Source: an uncultured Candidatus Saccharibacteria bacterium (GTDB lineage: Bacteria > Patescibacteriota > Minisyncoccia > Minisyncoccales > CAZVLR01). Taken from it: 58,725 nt of DNA. The notes under the pieces are model-generated. The model had not been told where the DNA came from. It worked only from the letters and a program-made list of their open reading frames with translations, and did not search any database. Shown here piece after piece: positions 1 to 9,506 of the stretch. Both the position numbers and the translations under genes were made by a program. The DNA lies in the NCBI GenBank assembly GCA_964628095.1, contig CAZVLR010000004.1, positions 1-58,725 on the forward strand, written 5' to 3'. Each line of letters starts with the position of its first letter. Within the stretch, counting starts at the first letter, position 1.

Positions 1-1054
1 CAAGACTGATTTCCGGCCAAAAGGGCAAGGACAGAATTTCTTGAACGGCTAATTCGGTTTTGGGCAAATCCCCTTTTTTATAGCCCAGTTTTTTATAGCC
101 TGACTGCAAATGCACGGGAATGGGATAATGAATCATGGTGTTAATGCCGGCTTTTAATAAATACGCCTGAAGTTTTTCCCGGTTTTTTGCCTTAATAACA
201 TAAACGTAAAAAACGTCTTTTTGCCCAGGTTTCTTAATAGGCAAAGCAATAGACAGGCCTTTTAACAATTTTTTGTAATTCTTGGCCGCCTTTTGGCGCA
301 GCTTTATCCAATCTGGCAAATATTTCATTTTAATCCCCAAGATCGTCCCTTGCAGCGCCTCCATGCGGAGGTTAAGGCCGAATTCCGAATGGTGATATTT
401 TTTCTCTGAACCGTGGTCGCGCAATATTTTCATTTTTTCGGCCAATTTTTGATTGTTTGTTACCACCGCCCCTGCCTCTCCCATAGCACCCAAAACTTTG
501 GTCGGATAAAAACTAAAACAACCAATATCGCCAAAAGACCCGGCCTTCTTTCCAAAAAACTCGGCGCCGTGCGCTTGGGCACAATCTTCCACCACGAACA
601 ATTTATGTTTTTTGGCGATCCTTAAAATCTTGTCCATTTCGCAGGTTTTTCCAAAAAGATGCACGGGTAAAATTACTTTGGTTCTTTTATTAATTTTGGC
701 TTCGATTTTAGCCGGATCCATATTAAAAGTTTTTGAATCAATATCGACAAATACCGGTTTTAATCCCAAAAACATAACCGCTTCAATGGTCGCCACAAAA
801 GTGTTGGCTACGGTAATAACTTCGTCTCCTTTTTTTAAATCCAGCGCCATTAAAGCCAGAATTAAAGCCGAGGTGCCATTATTCACGCCCAAAGCGTATT
901 TTGCACCGCAAAACTTGGCAAAGTCCCGCTCAAAGCTTTCAGTTTTGGGGCCTAAAATATAAAGTCCGGAATCTAAAACCGCTCGGGTTTCTTTCTCGAT
1001 TTCTTTTTTTATCGTTCGGTATTGTTTTTTAAAATCAACAAAGGGAACCTTCAT
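1..1054 (-). CDS. DegT/DnrJ/EryC1/StrS PLP-dependent sugar aminotransferase (WlbC/WbpE-like); runs off the left edge of the window
   Basis: Absent from the ORF track; translated by hand from ATG at 1054: MKVPFVDFKKQY...GLYILGPKTESFERDFAKFCGAKYALGVNNGTSAL...VHLFGK...EDCAQAHG...FSFYPTKVLG...LSLPFWPEIS; no stop before position 1. Confidence 0.9.
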   Translation of the reverse strand, partial: MKVPFVDFKKQYRTIKKEIEKETRAVLDSGLYILGPKTESFERDFAKFCGAKYALGVNNGTSALILALMALDLKKGDEVITVANTFVATIEAVMFLGLKPVFVDIDSKTFNMDPAKIEAKINKRTKVILPVHLFGKTCEMDKILRIAKKHKLFVVEDCAQAHGAEFFGKKAGSFGDIGCFSFYPTKVLGAMGEAGAVVTNNQKLAEKMKILRDHGSEKKYHHSEFGLNLRMEALQGTILGIKMKYLPDWIKLRQKAAKNYKKLLKGLSIALPIKKPGQKDVFYVYVIKAKNREKLQAYLLKAGINTMIHYPIPVHLQSGYKKLGYKKGDLPKTELAVQEILSLPFWPEISL

Positions 1055-1057
1055 AAA

Positions 1058-1543
1058 TTATTGTTTTTCCTTTAAAACCTTGGCCGGATTGCCAGCTACT
1101 ACAAAACCCGGCTTTACGTCTTCTAAAACCACGCTCGCCGCCCCCACCAAAGCCTTCTCTCCGATTACCACGCCGCACATTATCGTTGCCCCGCTGCCAA
1201 TGGAAGCGTCTTTTTTAACTGTGATTTTTACCACCTGCCAATCTTTTTCGGTTAACAGCTCCCCGGATTCGGTTGCCGATTTGGGATATTTGTCGTTGAT
1301 AAAATTAACGTTGTGCCCGACAAAAACATTATCTTCAATAGTTACGCCTTCGCAAATAAAGGTATGGCTGGAAATCTTGCAGTTTTTTCCGATTTTCACG
1401 CCTTTTTGGATTTCCACAAAAGCACCGATCTTGGTATTGTCGCCGATTTCGCAGCCGTACAAATTAACAAAGGGCCCGGCAATTTCCACATTCTTTCCAA
1501 GTTTTACGTCTTCTTTTATAATCTGAAAATCTTTTGGATTCAT
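1058..1543 (-). CDS. Hexapeptide-repeat sugar N-acetyltransferase (WlbB/WbpD-like)
   Basis: LbH repeats, SHTFICEGVTIEDNVFVGHNVNFINDKYP, VAGNPAK; lies between oxidoreductase and aminotransferase. Confidence 0.88.
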   Translation of the reverse strand: MNPKDFQIIKEDVKLGKNVEIAGPFVNLYGCEIGDNTKIGAFVEIQKGVKIGKNCKISSHTFICEGVTIEDNVFVGHNVNFINDKYPKSATESGELLTEKDWQVVKITVKKDASIGSGATIMCGVVIGEKALVGAASVVLEDVKPGFVVAGNPAKVLKEKQ

Positions 1544-1554
1544 ATTTTTAAATT

Positions 1555-2577
1555 TTATGAAATTAATATTTCCCGGCCTTTTTCTTTTACGGATTCGCTG
1601 ATCGCTTCTAAAAGTTTGGCAACCCTTAACCCGGCCTCGCCATTGCTAAGCGGCTGCTTTCTTAAATTTACGCAATCAACAAAATGCTGGGCAGCTTTTT
1701 TCAAAGTTTCGGTCTGATCGATTTTAGGAATTACAATATCTCCGCTCCGGTATAAGGGCGCAAAGGGCGTCACCTGCGAAGGGTTAACATCGATGCCCTT
1801 ATCGTAAATTCTTATTTTTTCATCAGATTCAACATCGTTGTATAAAACCATTTTCTTGCTGGCGCCAATAATGGTTTTTCTGATTTTTAAAGGCGACAGC
1901 CAGCTCACCCTGACAAAGCTGATAAAATCGTTCTCGTGCCTGATATTAATAGAGGCAGTCTCGCTTTGATTTTGGCTAATATGATTAAAGCTTAAAGCTG
2001 AAACGGCCAAAGGCTTTTGGGAAAACAAATAATCAATGATCGACAAATCATGGACGGCCAGATCCGAAATCACATTAGCGTCGGACCTAATTAATCCCAA
2101 ATTAATCCTTTCAGAATCATAGTAATAAAGCTTGCCTAATTCATCCTTATCAAGCAAATCTTTGATTTTTTGCACCGCGCCCGAATAAATAAAGGTGTGA
2201 TCCACCATTAAAATCCGCCCTTTTTCTTTTGCCAAATCTATCAATTCTTTAGCTTCTTTGGAATTCTCCACCATGGGCTTTTCAATTAAAACATCCTTTT
2301 GGGCCAAAAGCGCGGCTTTGGCGATTTTAAAATGGGTCGAAAGCGGCGTAGCAATACAAACAGCTTTAGTTTCCGGATCGTCTAGCACTTCCTGATAATC
2401 AGTGGCTAATTTTGCAGCCGGATATATTCGGTTCAAATGCGCTAATTTTTCGTGGTTTTGATCACAAATGTATGAAATTTCAACCTCGGGTAACTGGAAA
2501 AAATTACGCGCCAAATTCGGGCCCCAATAGCCATAACCAATAAACGCTATTTTAATCTTTGAATTTTGATTTTCCAT
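1555..2577 (-). CDS. Gfo/Idh/MocA NAD-dependent oxidoreductase (WlbA/WbpB-like)
   Basis: IGYGYWG Rossmann motif, IATP..THF, EKP, DLAVHDLS. Confidence 0.88.
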   Translation of the reverse strand: MENQNSKIKIAFIGYGYWGPNLARNFFQLPEVEISYICDQNHEKLAHLNRIYPAAKLATDYQEVLDDPETKAVCIATPLSTHFKIAKAALLAQKDVLIEKPMVENSKEAKELIDLAKEKGRILMVDHTFIYSGAVQKIKDLLDKDELGKLYYYDSERINLGLIRSDANVISDLAVHDLSIIDYLFSQKPLAVSALSFNHISQNQSETASINIRHENDFISFVRVSWLSPLKIRKTIIGASKKMVLYNDVESDEKIRIYDKGIDVNPSQVTPFAPLYRSGDIVIPKIDQTETLKKAAQHFVDCVNLRKQPLSNGEAGLRVAKLLEAISESVKEKGREILIS

Positions 2578-2581
2578 AAAA

Positions 2582-3661
2582 TTAATTGTTAAAACCTATA
2601 ATTTTAAATATTTCATTAAACCTTTTTTCATAAGTATGGTCTTTCATCGTTCTTTCGTACCCGGCTCTGGCAATTATTTCCCTTTCCTGTTCGTGATTTA
2701 AATAATACTTTATCTTTTTGACCAAATCCTTAAAATTTTTGAAAATAACCAGTTCTTTACCGTTTTGGTAATAATCTTTAAAATTATCGGCGTCGTCGGT
2801 TAAAAGAAAACCGCCGCAACCCAAAACTTCAAAAGACCGGCAATGAATCTGGGGCCTAAGCGAACCCAAAAAAGATTTAAAGTTATCGGGCCAGTTTTTA
2901 GGATTATTAATTTTTAGCTTTCTCTCGCCTCTTTCGCCCCGATGCTTTAAAAAAATCGATCCGAATTTTTTTAAAAGAGAGCCTGAGCTCATATTAAAAT
3001 TAAGGTTTATCTTACTTTGCGAAAAAACTTTGGGCATATCCTCTTGGGCTAAAACGCCCGAAGGCCAACCATAGCCCCAACATTGAACGTTAATTCCCGC
3101 TTCTTTTAATTTTTTAACCATTCTCCCTCTTACGCTGTGGGGTTGGCCGATAAAAGTAACGTCGTAAATTTTGGGCAGATCCTGTTTTTTATAATAAAAA
3201 TGGTTGCAGCCATATTGGGAGTGAATCACGTTTTTATAGCCGATTTTTTGGTATTTTTTAAAAGACATGGAATCAGCCGTTACCACCCAGTGAAAATATG
3301 GGGCGATTTTTTTGGAAATAGCGTCGAACATCCAACTGTCGTCGCTCACCCACCACAAAGTCTTAGCATTCACTTTTTCAGCCATGTTTTTCATTTCCCT
3401 TAAGGTGCTTTGGGCCAGCTCCCCCTCCAAAAAGAAAACAAGCTGGGGTTTTTCTTCCGAAATTATCTTAAAAAGCTTTTCTTTTACTATCTTTTGGTTC
3501 TCGCCCAAAGAAATTAAAGCTTCGTCTACGCCAAAAAAGATTACCTGGTTACCGGCATTATTCATTTTCAAAAGAGCATCATAAAAATTATGGTAGCCAT
3601 AATTCGGCCCCCGCTCGGGCTCGCCCCTTTTGTATCTGTTGCTGATAAAAAGTATCTTCAT
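2582..3661 (-). CDS. CgeB-like glycosyltransferase (Glyco_trans_1_2)
   Basis: YDVTFIG, SKINLN, RSFEVLGCGGFLLTD, IARAGYERTMKDHTY..R. Confidence 0.85.
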   Translation of the reverse strand: MKILFISNRYKRGEPERGPNYGYHNFYDALLKMNNAGNQVIFFGVDEALISLGENQKIVKEKLFKIISEEKPQLVFFLEGELAQSTLREMKNMAEKVNAKTLWWVSDDSWMFDAISKKIAPYFHWVVTADSMSFKKYQKIGYKNVIHSQYGCNHFYYKKQDLPKIYDVTFIGQPHSVRGRMVKKLKEAGINVQCWGYGWPSGVLAQEDMPKVFSQSKINLNFNMSSGSLLKKFGSIFLKHRGERGERKLKINNPKNWPDNFKSFLGSLRPQIHCRSFEVLGCGGFLLTDDADNFKDYYQNGKELVIFKNFKDLVKKIKYYLNHEQEREIIARAGYERTMKDHTYEKRFNEIFKIIGFNN

Positions 3662-3666
3662 ATATG

Positions 3667-4770
3667 TTAATCCTTGAAAAACTCTTTTATGGCCTCACAA
3701 ATAGCTATTATCTCTTCGTCTTTTAAAAAAGAAGAAGAAGGTAGCCATAAACCGCGCTCGGAAATATCTTGTGAAACTTTAAAATCTCCTTTCACCCAAG
3801 AATAAGGCGGCTGCGTGTGAATGGCCGGATAAAAGGGCCTCGTGCCAATTCCCTGCTCTTTTAAAAATTTAGCTAATTCATCTCTTTTGTCCTGCGCAAC
3901 CAAAATATCAATAAACCAAGGAGCAGTATCCTGCAAATCGGTTTTAATAAATTCTATTTCTTTAACGTTTTTTAATAAATCCCGGTAAATCTTATAAATT
4001 TCTTTTTTCCGTTCAACCCGCCAAGCTAATTTCTTCATTTGTTCAATGCCGATTACCGCCTGCAGATCGGTGAACTTAAAATTCAAGCCCATAACCTCGT
4101 GATAATCGATACCGGCTTGAGCCCGGCCAAAATCTTTTATTCTGAGCATTTTTTGATAAAAAGCCTCGCTGTCGGTTACCAAAGCTCCGCCCTGGCCGGT
4201 AGTGATGATTTTGGGCGAACTAAAAGAAAAACTTCCAATATCACCAAAGGTACCCAAATGTTTGCCTTTGTATCTTGAACCCAAGGCCTGGGCCGCGTCT
4301 TCGATTAAAAATAAATTGTGCTCTTTGGCTAAATCAACGAATTTTTCCACTTCCGGGCAACGGCCGTTAAGAGCAACTAACATAATGACTTTGGTTTTTT
4401 TGCCAATGGCAGCTTTTGTTTTTTCCAAATCAAGGCACAAATTTTCCTTATTAATATCGACAAAAACCGGCTTGGCTCCGGCCAACACAATGGCATTGGC
4501 TGAAGCGATCATGGTAAAATCTGGTACAATAACTTCGTCTTCTTGTTTTAAATCCAACGCCAGCAAAGCCGTTATCAAGCTAACGGTTCCATTGCTTACA
4601 ACCAAAGCGTATTTTGAGCCAACATAATCAGCGATCATTTTTTCGAATTCCCTGGTCTTTTTAAACTCGGTCAGCCAGGCGCCCGAATCCATGTATTCGG
4701 CCACGGCCTTTTTTTCTTCTTCTCCGATCCAAGGCTCAATCTGATTTATTTTTTTAATTAAGTTGTTCAT
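3667..4770 (-). CDS. DegT-family aminotransferase (perosamine synthetase-like)
   Basis: VSNGTVSL, EDAAQALGS, SFSFSSPKIITTGQGG, LWLPSS. Confidence 0.9.
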   Translation of the reverse strand: MNNLIKKINQIEPWIGEEEKKAVAEYMDSGAWLTEFKKTREFEKMIADYVGSKYALVVSNGTVSLITALLALDLKQEDEVIVPDFTMIASANAIVLAGAKPVFVDINKENLCLDLEKTKAAIGKKTKVIMLVALNGRCPEVEKFVDLAKEHNLFLIEDAAQALGSRYKGKHLGTFGDIGSFSFSSPKIITTGQGGALVTDSEAFYQKMLRIKDFGRAQAGIDYHEVMGLNFKFTDLQAVIGIEQMKKLAWRVERKKEIYKIYRDLLKNVKEIEFIKTDLQDTAPWFIDILVAQDKRDELAKFLKEQGIGTRPFYPAIHTQPPYSWVKGDFKVSQDISERGLWLPSSSFLKDEEIIAICEAIKEFFKD

Positions 4771-5363
4771 TTTTGTGCTTTTACATTAAGACTAATTAAA
4801 ATCCCCTTGTCTTTTTGCATATGGGGAATATAGGCCTGTGAAAAATCATCGTAATCTTTATGGATGGTTTTTTGCCAATCGTAACGACTGACGTTTTTAA
4901 AGCCGGCTTCCTCCAAAACTCTTTTTAAAGATTTGAAGTCGTAAACGGTTTTGTGGTAAATAAATTTTTTACCCTTCTTGGTTTTTATTTCAATCCGGCC
5001 GTAAAGCGGCCCCAGCAGCCCCCGATGGTCCAGGTTTTTCTTGTATTTTAAATAAACCCTAACCATAGCCTCAAAATCGGGCACGGCCAGAAAAAGAAAC
5101 CCGCCCGGCTTTAAAACGCGCCGCCACTCCCTTAAAACTTGCCGGGCTTCCTGGCGATCAAAATATTCAAAGGCATGGCAGACGTAAATTAAATCAACCG
5201 AATTATTACCAAACATAGGCAGGCTGGAAATTTCGTGCTGGTAATCAATATGGGAAAAACTGTCTAAATCAATATGAATAAAGCCTGGAATATGTTTTTT
5301 CCCGCAACCCAAATGCAGCTTTATCTCTTTATTTTTTAATTGTCCGCTTTTTTTATTTTTCAT
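4767..5363 (-). CDS. Class I SAM-dependent methyltransferase-like protein (glycan modification)
   Basis: KLHLGCG motif I, HAFEY, EWRRVLKPGG; start moved to ATG 5363, which overlaps the upstream stop. Confidence 0.78.
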   Translation of the reverse strand: MKNKKSGQLKNKEIKLHLGCGKKHIPGFIHIDLDSFSHIDYQHEISSLPMFGNNSVDLIYVCHAFEYFDRQEARQVLREWRRVLKPGGFLFLAVPDFEAMVRVYLKYKKNLDHRGLLGPLYGRIEIKTKKGKKFIYHKTVYDFKSLKRVLEEAGFKNVSRYDWQKTIHKDYDDFSQAYIPHMQKDKGILISLNVKAQK

Positions 5364-5778
5364 AGAATTTTCTTTTATCTTTTTCAACGCCCGCGTAAGG
5401 GCCGTTTTTTACTTCAAAAACCTGGGTATTATCTTCTAAAATTTCAAAGTCGTGGCCGCCGGCCAAAAAAACTATAATATCGTCCTCGGTTAAAATAATG
5501 TTCTCCATCAAATTATCCTGCTCGTCATAAATCCCCGACTTTATCTTTCCGCTTTTTAAATAAACTGCTTCCTGGGTTCTTTGGGCCGCCCTTTCAAAAA
5601 TTAAGTGGTTGTGCCCCTTTATCTTCTGCCCTTTTTGGTATTTCCAGGTGCCCAATTGAATAAAGTCTTCTTCTTTATTATAAAAATTCAATCCTTCGGG
5701 ATAATCGCCCGACCTTAAAATAATCGCCAATAAATCCCCTTCCTTGCTATAAATTTTCTCTGTTTTTGTACCATTCAT
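5353..5778 (-). CDS. Cupin-fold protein (WbuC-like, putative sugar isomerase/epimerase)
   Basis: H-x-H..(E)..GGH cupin metal ligands, EVKNGPY; located in glycan operon. Confidence 0.6.
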   Translation of the reverse strand: MNGTKTEKIYSKEGDLLAIILRSGDYPEGLNFYNKEEDFIQLGTWKYQKGQKIKGHNHLIFERAAQRTQEAVYLKSGKIKSGIYDEQDNLMENIILTEDDIIVFLAGGHDFEILEDNTQVFEVKNGPYAGVEKDKRKFYEK

Positions 5779-6724
5779 AAGTTTTTTTTAAGCCCTCCCC
5801 CAATGAAGTTTGGGCAGAAAAACCGGTTAATTGTTTAATCTTGGTTAAATCCGGACACCTTCTTTTAACCGAACCCTTTGGCGCCTCATGGATTTCCATA
5901 TTCTTGGGATGAAAGCCAAATAAATCAAACATTTTTTTGGCTAAATCCAGCATAGAAATTTCTTCGCTGTTTCCAATATGAACAATTTCTCCGTTAGTCT
6001 TTTCCGATTCCATAACCAGCTGTGTGGCCCTTACCGTATCGTCGATATAACAAAAAGACCGGGTGGCATCGGCGCCAAAAATTTTAAAGGGATCTTCCTG
6101 TTTAATAATTCTGGCCAAAAATTCTGGTATCACGTGCTCGTTTCCCATGCGCGGGCCGTAACTGTTGTGATAACGCACAATGCTCATGGGGAAATTATAA
6201 GCCCGGCTCCAGTTCACAAAAAGCAACTCGCCGATAATCTTGCCGCCGCCGTAAGACCACCTGGGATTTAAAACGTCGTCGACGCATAGAGGCACGTTTT
6301 CGGGTGTGGGCAAAGGACCACCGGTTAAACTAATATAAGAGGCATAGCCCTCGTTGGAAGAAGTAAATAAAATCTTGCCTCTTTTCTGTTCTTTAAACCA
6401 TTCCAAAATATTCAACACGCCTTGTACTCCCACCTTTAAAACTTCCTGGGGCTTTTCGTAAAAGTTTTTGGTGCCGTTAACGGCGGCCAAATGATAAACG
6501 TAATCGTAGCCCGAACCTAAGCGATTAAACTGCGAAAAGTCGGTAATGTCTAATTCGACAAATTTAACGTTGGGCTGCTCCAGGAGCGCTTTTACCTCTT
6601 TATCCATTTTGCCGCGGGACAAATTATCGGCAATCACCACCTCCTGTCCTTGTTCTGATAAGGATTTGGCTAAAAAATATCCGACCGTACCGCAGCCGCC
6701 TGTAATTAAAACTTTTTTGTTCAT
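5747..6724 (-). CDS. NAD-dependent nucleotide-sugar epimerase/dehydratase (extended SDR)
   Basis: ITGGCGTVG, HLAA, YGGGK (YxxxK), RYHNSYGPR. Confidence 0.9.
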   Translation of the reverse strand: MNKKVLITGGCGTVGYFLAKSLSEQGQEVVIADNLSRGKMDKEVKALLEQPNVKFVELDITDFSQFNRLGSGYDYVYHLAAVNGTKNFYEKPQEVLKVGVQGVLNILEWFKEQKRGKILFTSSNEGYASYISLTGGPLPTPENVPLCVDDVLNPRWSYGGGKIIGELLFVNWSRAYNFPMSIVRYHNSYGPRMGNEHVIPEFLARIIKQEDPFKIFGADATRSFCYIDDTVRATQLVMESEKTNGEIVHIGNSEEISMLDLAKKMFDLFGFHPKNMEIHEAPKGSVKRRCPDLTKIKQLTGFSAQTSLGEGLKKTYEWYKNRENL

Positions 6725-8049
6725 ATTTTTAAATTATCTCCTATTCTAAATATTTTAATATTTTCTTCTTTTAAAACTTCTAAATTTTTTAAGTTATGCC
6801 AGCAATCAACAATAAGCAAAGGGCGGCCGGCCTCCTTTAAAACCTTTGCGGCATCAATCTCGATCAGGTCGACATGATTGGTTAAAAATATGGCTACGTT
6901 CACACCCTTTACGCTTTGCCACAAATTTTTTGAAACTTTATTGCCGGCAAAATATTTGGTTAAAGGATCGTAAAAAGTAAAACTCGCCCCTTTAAGCTTA
7001 TTTTTCAGCTCTTGGTAAACATCCAATGCTGGAGAATTTCTGATATCGTCGGTGGCCGGTTTACCTTTAAAGGCTACGCCCAACAAAACGATTTTTGGGT
7101 TTTTAATTTTGTTCTTTTTAATAAATTTTAGCGCTTCAAAAGCAACCCTTAAGTTGGCCGATTTATTCCTTTCAATTGATGCATTAATAACAGAAGTGCC
7201 AACCTTGTTTTGATGCGCAAAATATTTTAATATCTGCGGATCTTTTGACAGGCAGGGACCGCCCGCACCCAGGCCTGGCAAAAACAGATTGGTTCTGGGA
7301 TAGGTATAATTTACGGCTTTAGCCAGCTCATAGCTGTCAATTCCCGTTTTTTCACAGATATTGCCGATCTCGTTTCCAAAAGCAATATTGGTAGCGCGGT
7401 AAACATTATCGACACACTTGCACATTTCCGCTATTTCTAAAGAAGAAACCTTAAGCACTTTGCCGCCCAGAATTTTGATTATTTTTGCGCCTCTTTCCAA
7501 ACTTTCTTTGCTAATCCCCCCTACGATTTTGGGCAAATTATAAAGCTCGTATAGGGCTCGGCCTTCAACCGTTCTTTCTGGGCAAAAAACCACATAAAAA
7601 TCTTTGCCGGCTTTCATTTTTGATTTTTTCTCCAGTTTCTCGGCAAGTTTACGGGTTAATCCCGGCATTACCGTGGATTTGAACATAATAAGCTGGCCTG
7701 GTAAAAGCTCGCCCCCGATCATATCAACCACGTTATCCAAATAGCTAAAATCGGGCTGGTTGTTATTTTTTAAAGGTGTGCCGACCGTTACTAAAATTGT
7801 TTGGCATTCCTTTACGGCTTTTTTGTAATCGCTGGTAAACTCTATGTTTTTTCTATAGCGGGCCAAAGCATCATTAACTCCGGGTTCGTAAATATCGGTT
7901 TTATAAGTTTTTTTCAATTTCTGTATTTTTTTCTTATCCACGTCAATCCCCAACATTTGGCAGCCGCGGCTGGCAAAAGCAGCGATTAGAGGCAAGCCAA
8001 TATAACCCATGCCCATGATTCCGATTTTTTCTTTTTTATTTTTTTTCAT
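6721..8049 (-). CDS. Nucleotide-sugar dehydrogenase (UDP-GlcNAc/UDP-ManNAc dehydrogenase, WbpA/WecC-like)
   Basis: GMGYIGLP, KSTV.PG, PER..EG, PGLGAGGPCLSKD, GVAFK..TDDIRNSP. Confidence 0.9.
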   Translation of the reverse strand: MKKNKKEKIGIMGMGYIGLPLIAAFASRGCQMLGIDVDKKKIQKLKKTYKTDIYEPGVNDALARYRKNIEFTSDYKKAVKECQTILVTVGTPLKNNNQPDFSYLDNVVDMIGGELLPGQLIMFKSTVMPGLTRKLAEKLEKKSKMKAGKDFYVVFCPERTVEGRALYELYNLPKIVGGISKESLERGAKIIKILGGKVLKVSSLEIAEMCKCVDNVYRATNIAFGNEIGNICEKTGIDSYELAKAVNYTYPRTNLFLPGLGAGGPCLSKDPQILKYFAHQNKVGTSVINASIERNKSANLRVAFEALKFIKKNKIKNPKIVLLGVAFKGKPATDDIRNSPALDVYQELKNKLKGASFTFYDPLTKYFAGNKVSKNLWQSVKGVNVAIFLTNHVDLIEIDAAKVLKEAGRPLLIVDCWHNLKNLEVLKEENIKIFRIGDNLKI

Positions 8050-9502
8050 AATTTAATTTTAATAAGGGTTTTAATACAAACAGAGTGGCAAAATAAATAA
8101 GGACTGAAAGAGCAATCAAAAGAATAATATGAACCTTTAAGATCAAAGGGTTAATGATTAAAAAATACATTACGCCGCTGGAAATGGCCGAGGCCAAAAA
8201 ACTGAATAAAATATTAAAGTTAAATGGTTTTACCGTGGTAAATTTTATCAACAAATAAATTAGCAAAAAAAGAATTACAATATTTGCCGCTAAACTCGAC
8301 CAGGCGGCCCCGTAAAGGCTGAATTTTGGAATTAAAATTAGGTTTAGTAAAACATTTATAACTGCTCCGACCAACACCGCCCAAAAAAGCTTTTTTTGCT
8401 GGTGAGCGGCAATTAAGGCCTGGCGCGAGGTATCGTAAAGGAAAACCACCCCCACCATCAAAATTAAAATCTGGAAAGCCAAAGCTGAGGGCGCGTAAAC
8501 TTGGCCATAAAAGAAATCTATAATCTGGGGCGCCAAAACCACGCCGCCCAAAACCAAAGGCAAAGCGAACACAACCATGGTTTTGGTTTCAAAGTCCCAA
8601 ACCCTCTGGAAGTTTTCCTTTTCCTTGTAAAGCTTGCTTAAAACCGGGAAAAAGCTCTGGGAAAGCAGAACCATGGGCATTAAGGTTAATTTGCTGATTT
8701 TAACGGCGGCATTATACCAGCCGTTAGCGCTCATCTGGCCCAAGTAGCCCATAATTACCGAATCGATTTGGTTATAGGTAGTAGTTACCAAGCCCACCAA
8801 AGCCATGGGCCAGGACAAAGAAAACATTTTGCGCCAGATCTTTTTGTCAAAGCTTAAAGTTAAACGATGTATTTTAAAATGAAAGAACAGGATAACAGCT
8901 AATAACAGGAAAAAGGCTTCGGCCAGATAAGCATAGCTTAAATTAACCAAAGAGGGAAAATTGAAAATAACGAAGAAAACGAAAACAACCGAGAGCACAG
9001 CGTCCAAAATTCTGGCGGCCGATTCGTATTGCATCTGTTGCCGGGCCCTGAAAAAAGCATGGAAAATATCAATGGGCACGCCGAATAAATTATAAAGGGC
9101 TAAAATCCAGATCGCCTTTCTGACAATGGGGTCGGGCGTAAGAAAAAAGGAGCTGATAACCAGCAAAAACGTTCCGCCCAGGCCCAATAAGATTTTTAAA
9201 GAAAGAAAGTCAGAATACTCTTTTTCCTTTTCTTTATCTTGAGATAATTCCCGGGTGACAATCTCAGGCGATACAAAGCCGGGCAAAATGCTGAATAAAT
9301 ACATTACCGAAATGGCAAAATTAAACTTTCCGTATTCGGCCGCTCCTAAAATACGGGCCACGTAAATGAACAAAATAAAAATTAAAACCTTGTTAACCAC
9401 TTCAGCCAAACCCAGCCAAAGGCTGTTTTTAAAAATCGTCTGGCCAGTGCTTTGGTTTTGGAATAAAAATGTTTTAATGTCTTTAAAATTCTTGATTTTC
9501 AT
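8036..9502 (-). CDS. Wzx-type polysaccharide flippase
   Basis: Many TM segments, ARILGAAEYGKF, GWYNAA, LNLILIPKFSLYGAAW; start moved to ATG 9502 to remove the overlap. Confidence 0.88.
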   Translation of the reverse strand: MKIKNFKDIKTFLFQNQSTGQTIFKNSLWLGLAEVVNKVLIFILFIYVARILGAAEYGKFNFAISVMYLFSILPGFVSPEIVTRELSQDKEKEKEYSDFLSLKILLGLGGTFLLVISSFFLTPDPIVRKAIWILALYNLFGVPIDIFHAFFRARQQMQYESAARILDAVLSVVFVFFVIFNFPSLVNLSYAYLAEAFFLLLAVILFFHFKIHRLTLSFDKKIWRKMFSLSWPMALVGLVTTTYNQIDSVIMGYLGQMSANGWYNAAVKISKLTLMPMVLLSQSFFPVLSKLYKEKENFQRVWDFETKTMVVFALPLVLGGVVLAPQIIDFFYGQVYAPSALAFQILILMVGVVFLYDTSRQALIAAHQQKKLFWAVLVGAVINVLLNLILIPKFSLYGAAWSSLAANIVILFLLIYLLIKFTTVKPFNFNILFSFLASAISSGVMYFLIINPLILKVHIILLIALSVLIYFATLFVLKPLLKLNYEKK

Positions 9503-9506
9503 AAAA

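Noticed and set aside
413-1717. Plus-strand ORFs 413-625, 612-962, 1080-1526 and 1313-1717, and the many similar short antisense ORFs throughout the track
   Set aside because: They are shadows of well-supported opposite-strand genes and have no recognisable motifs.
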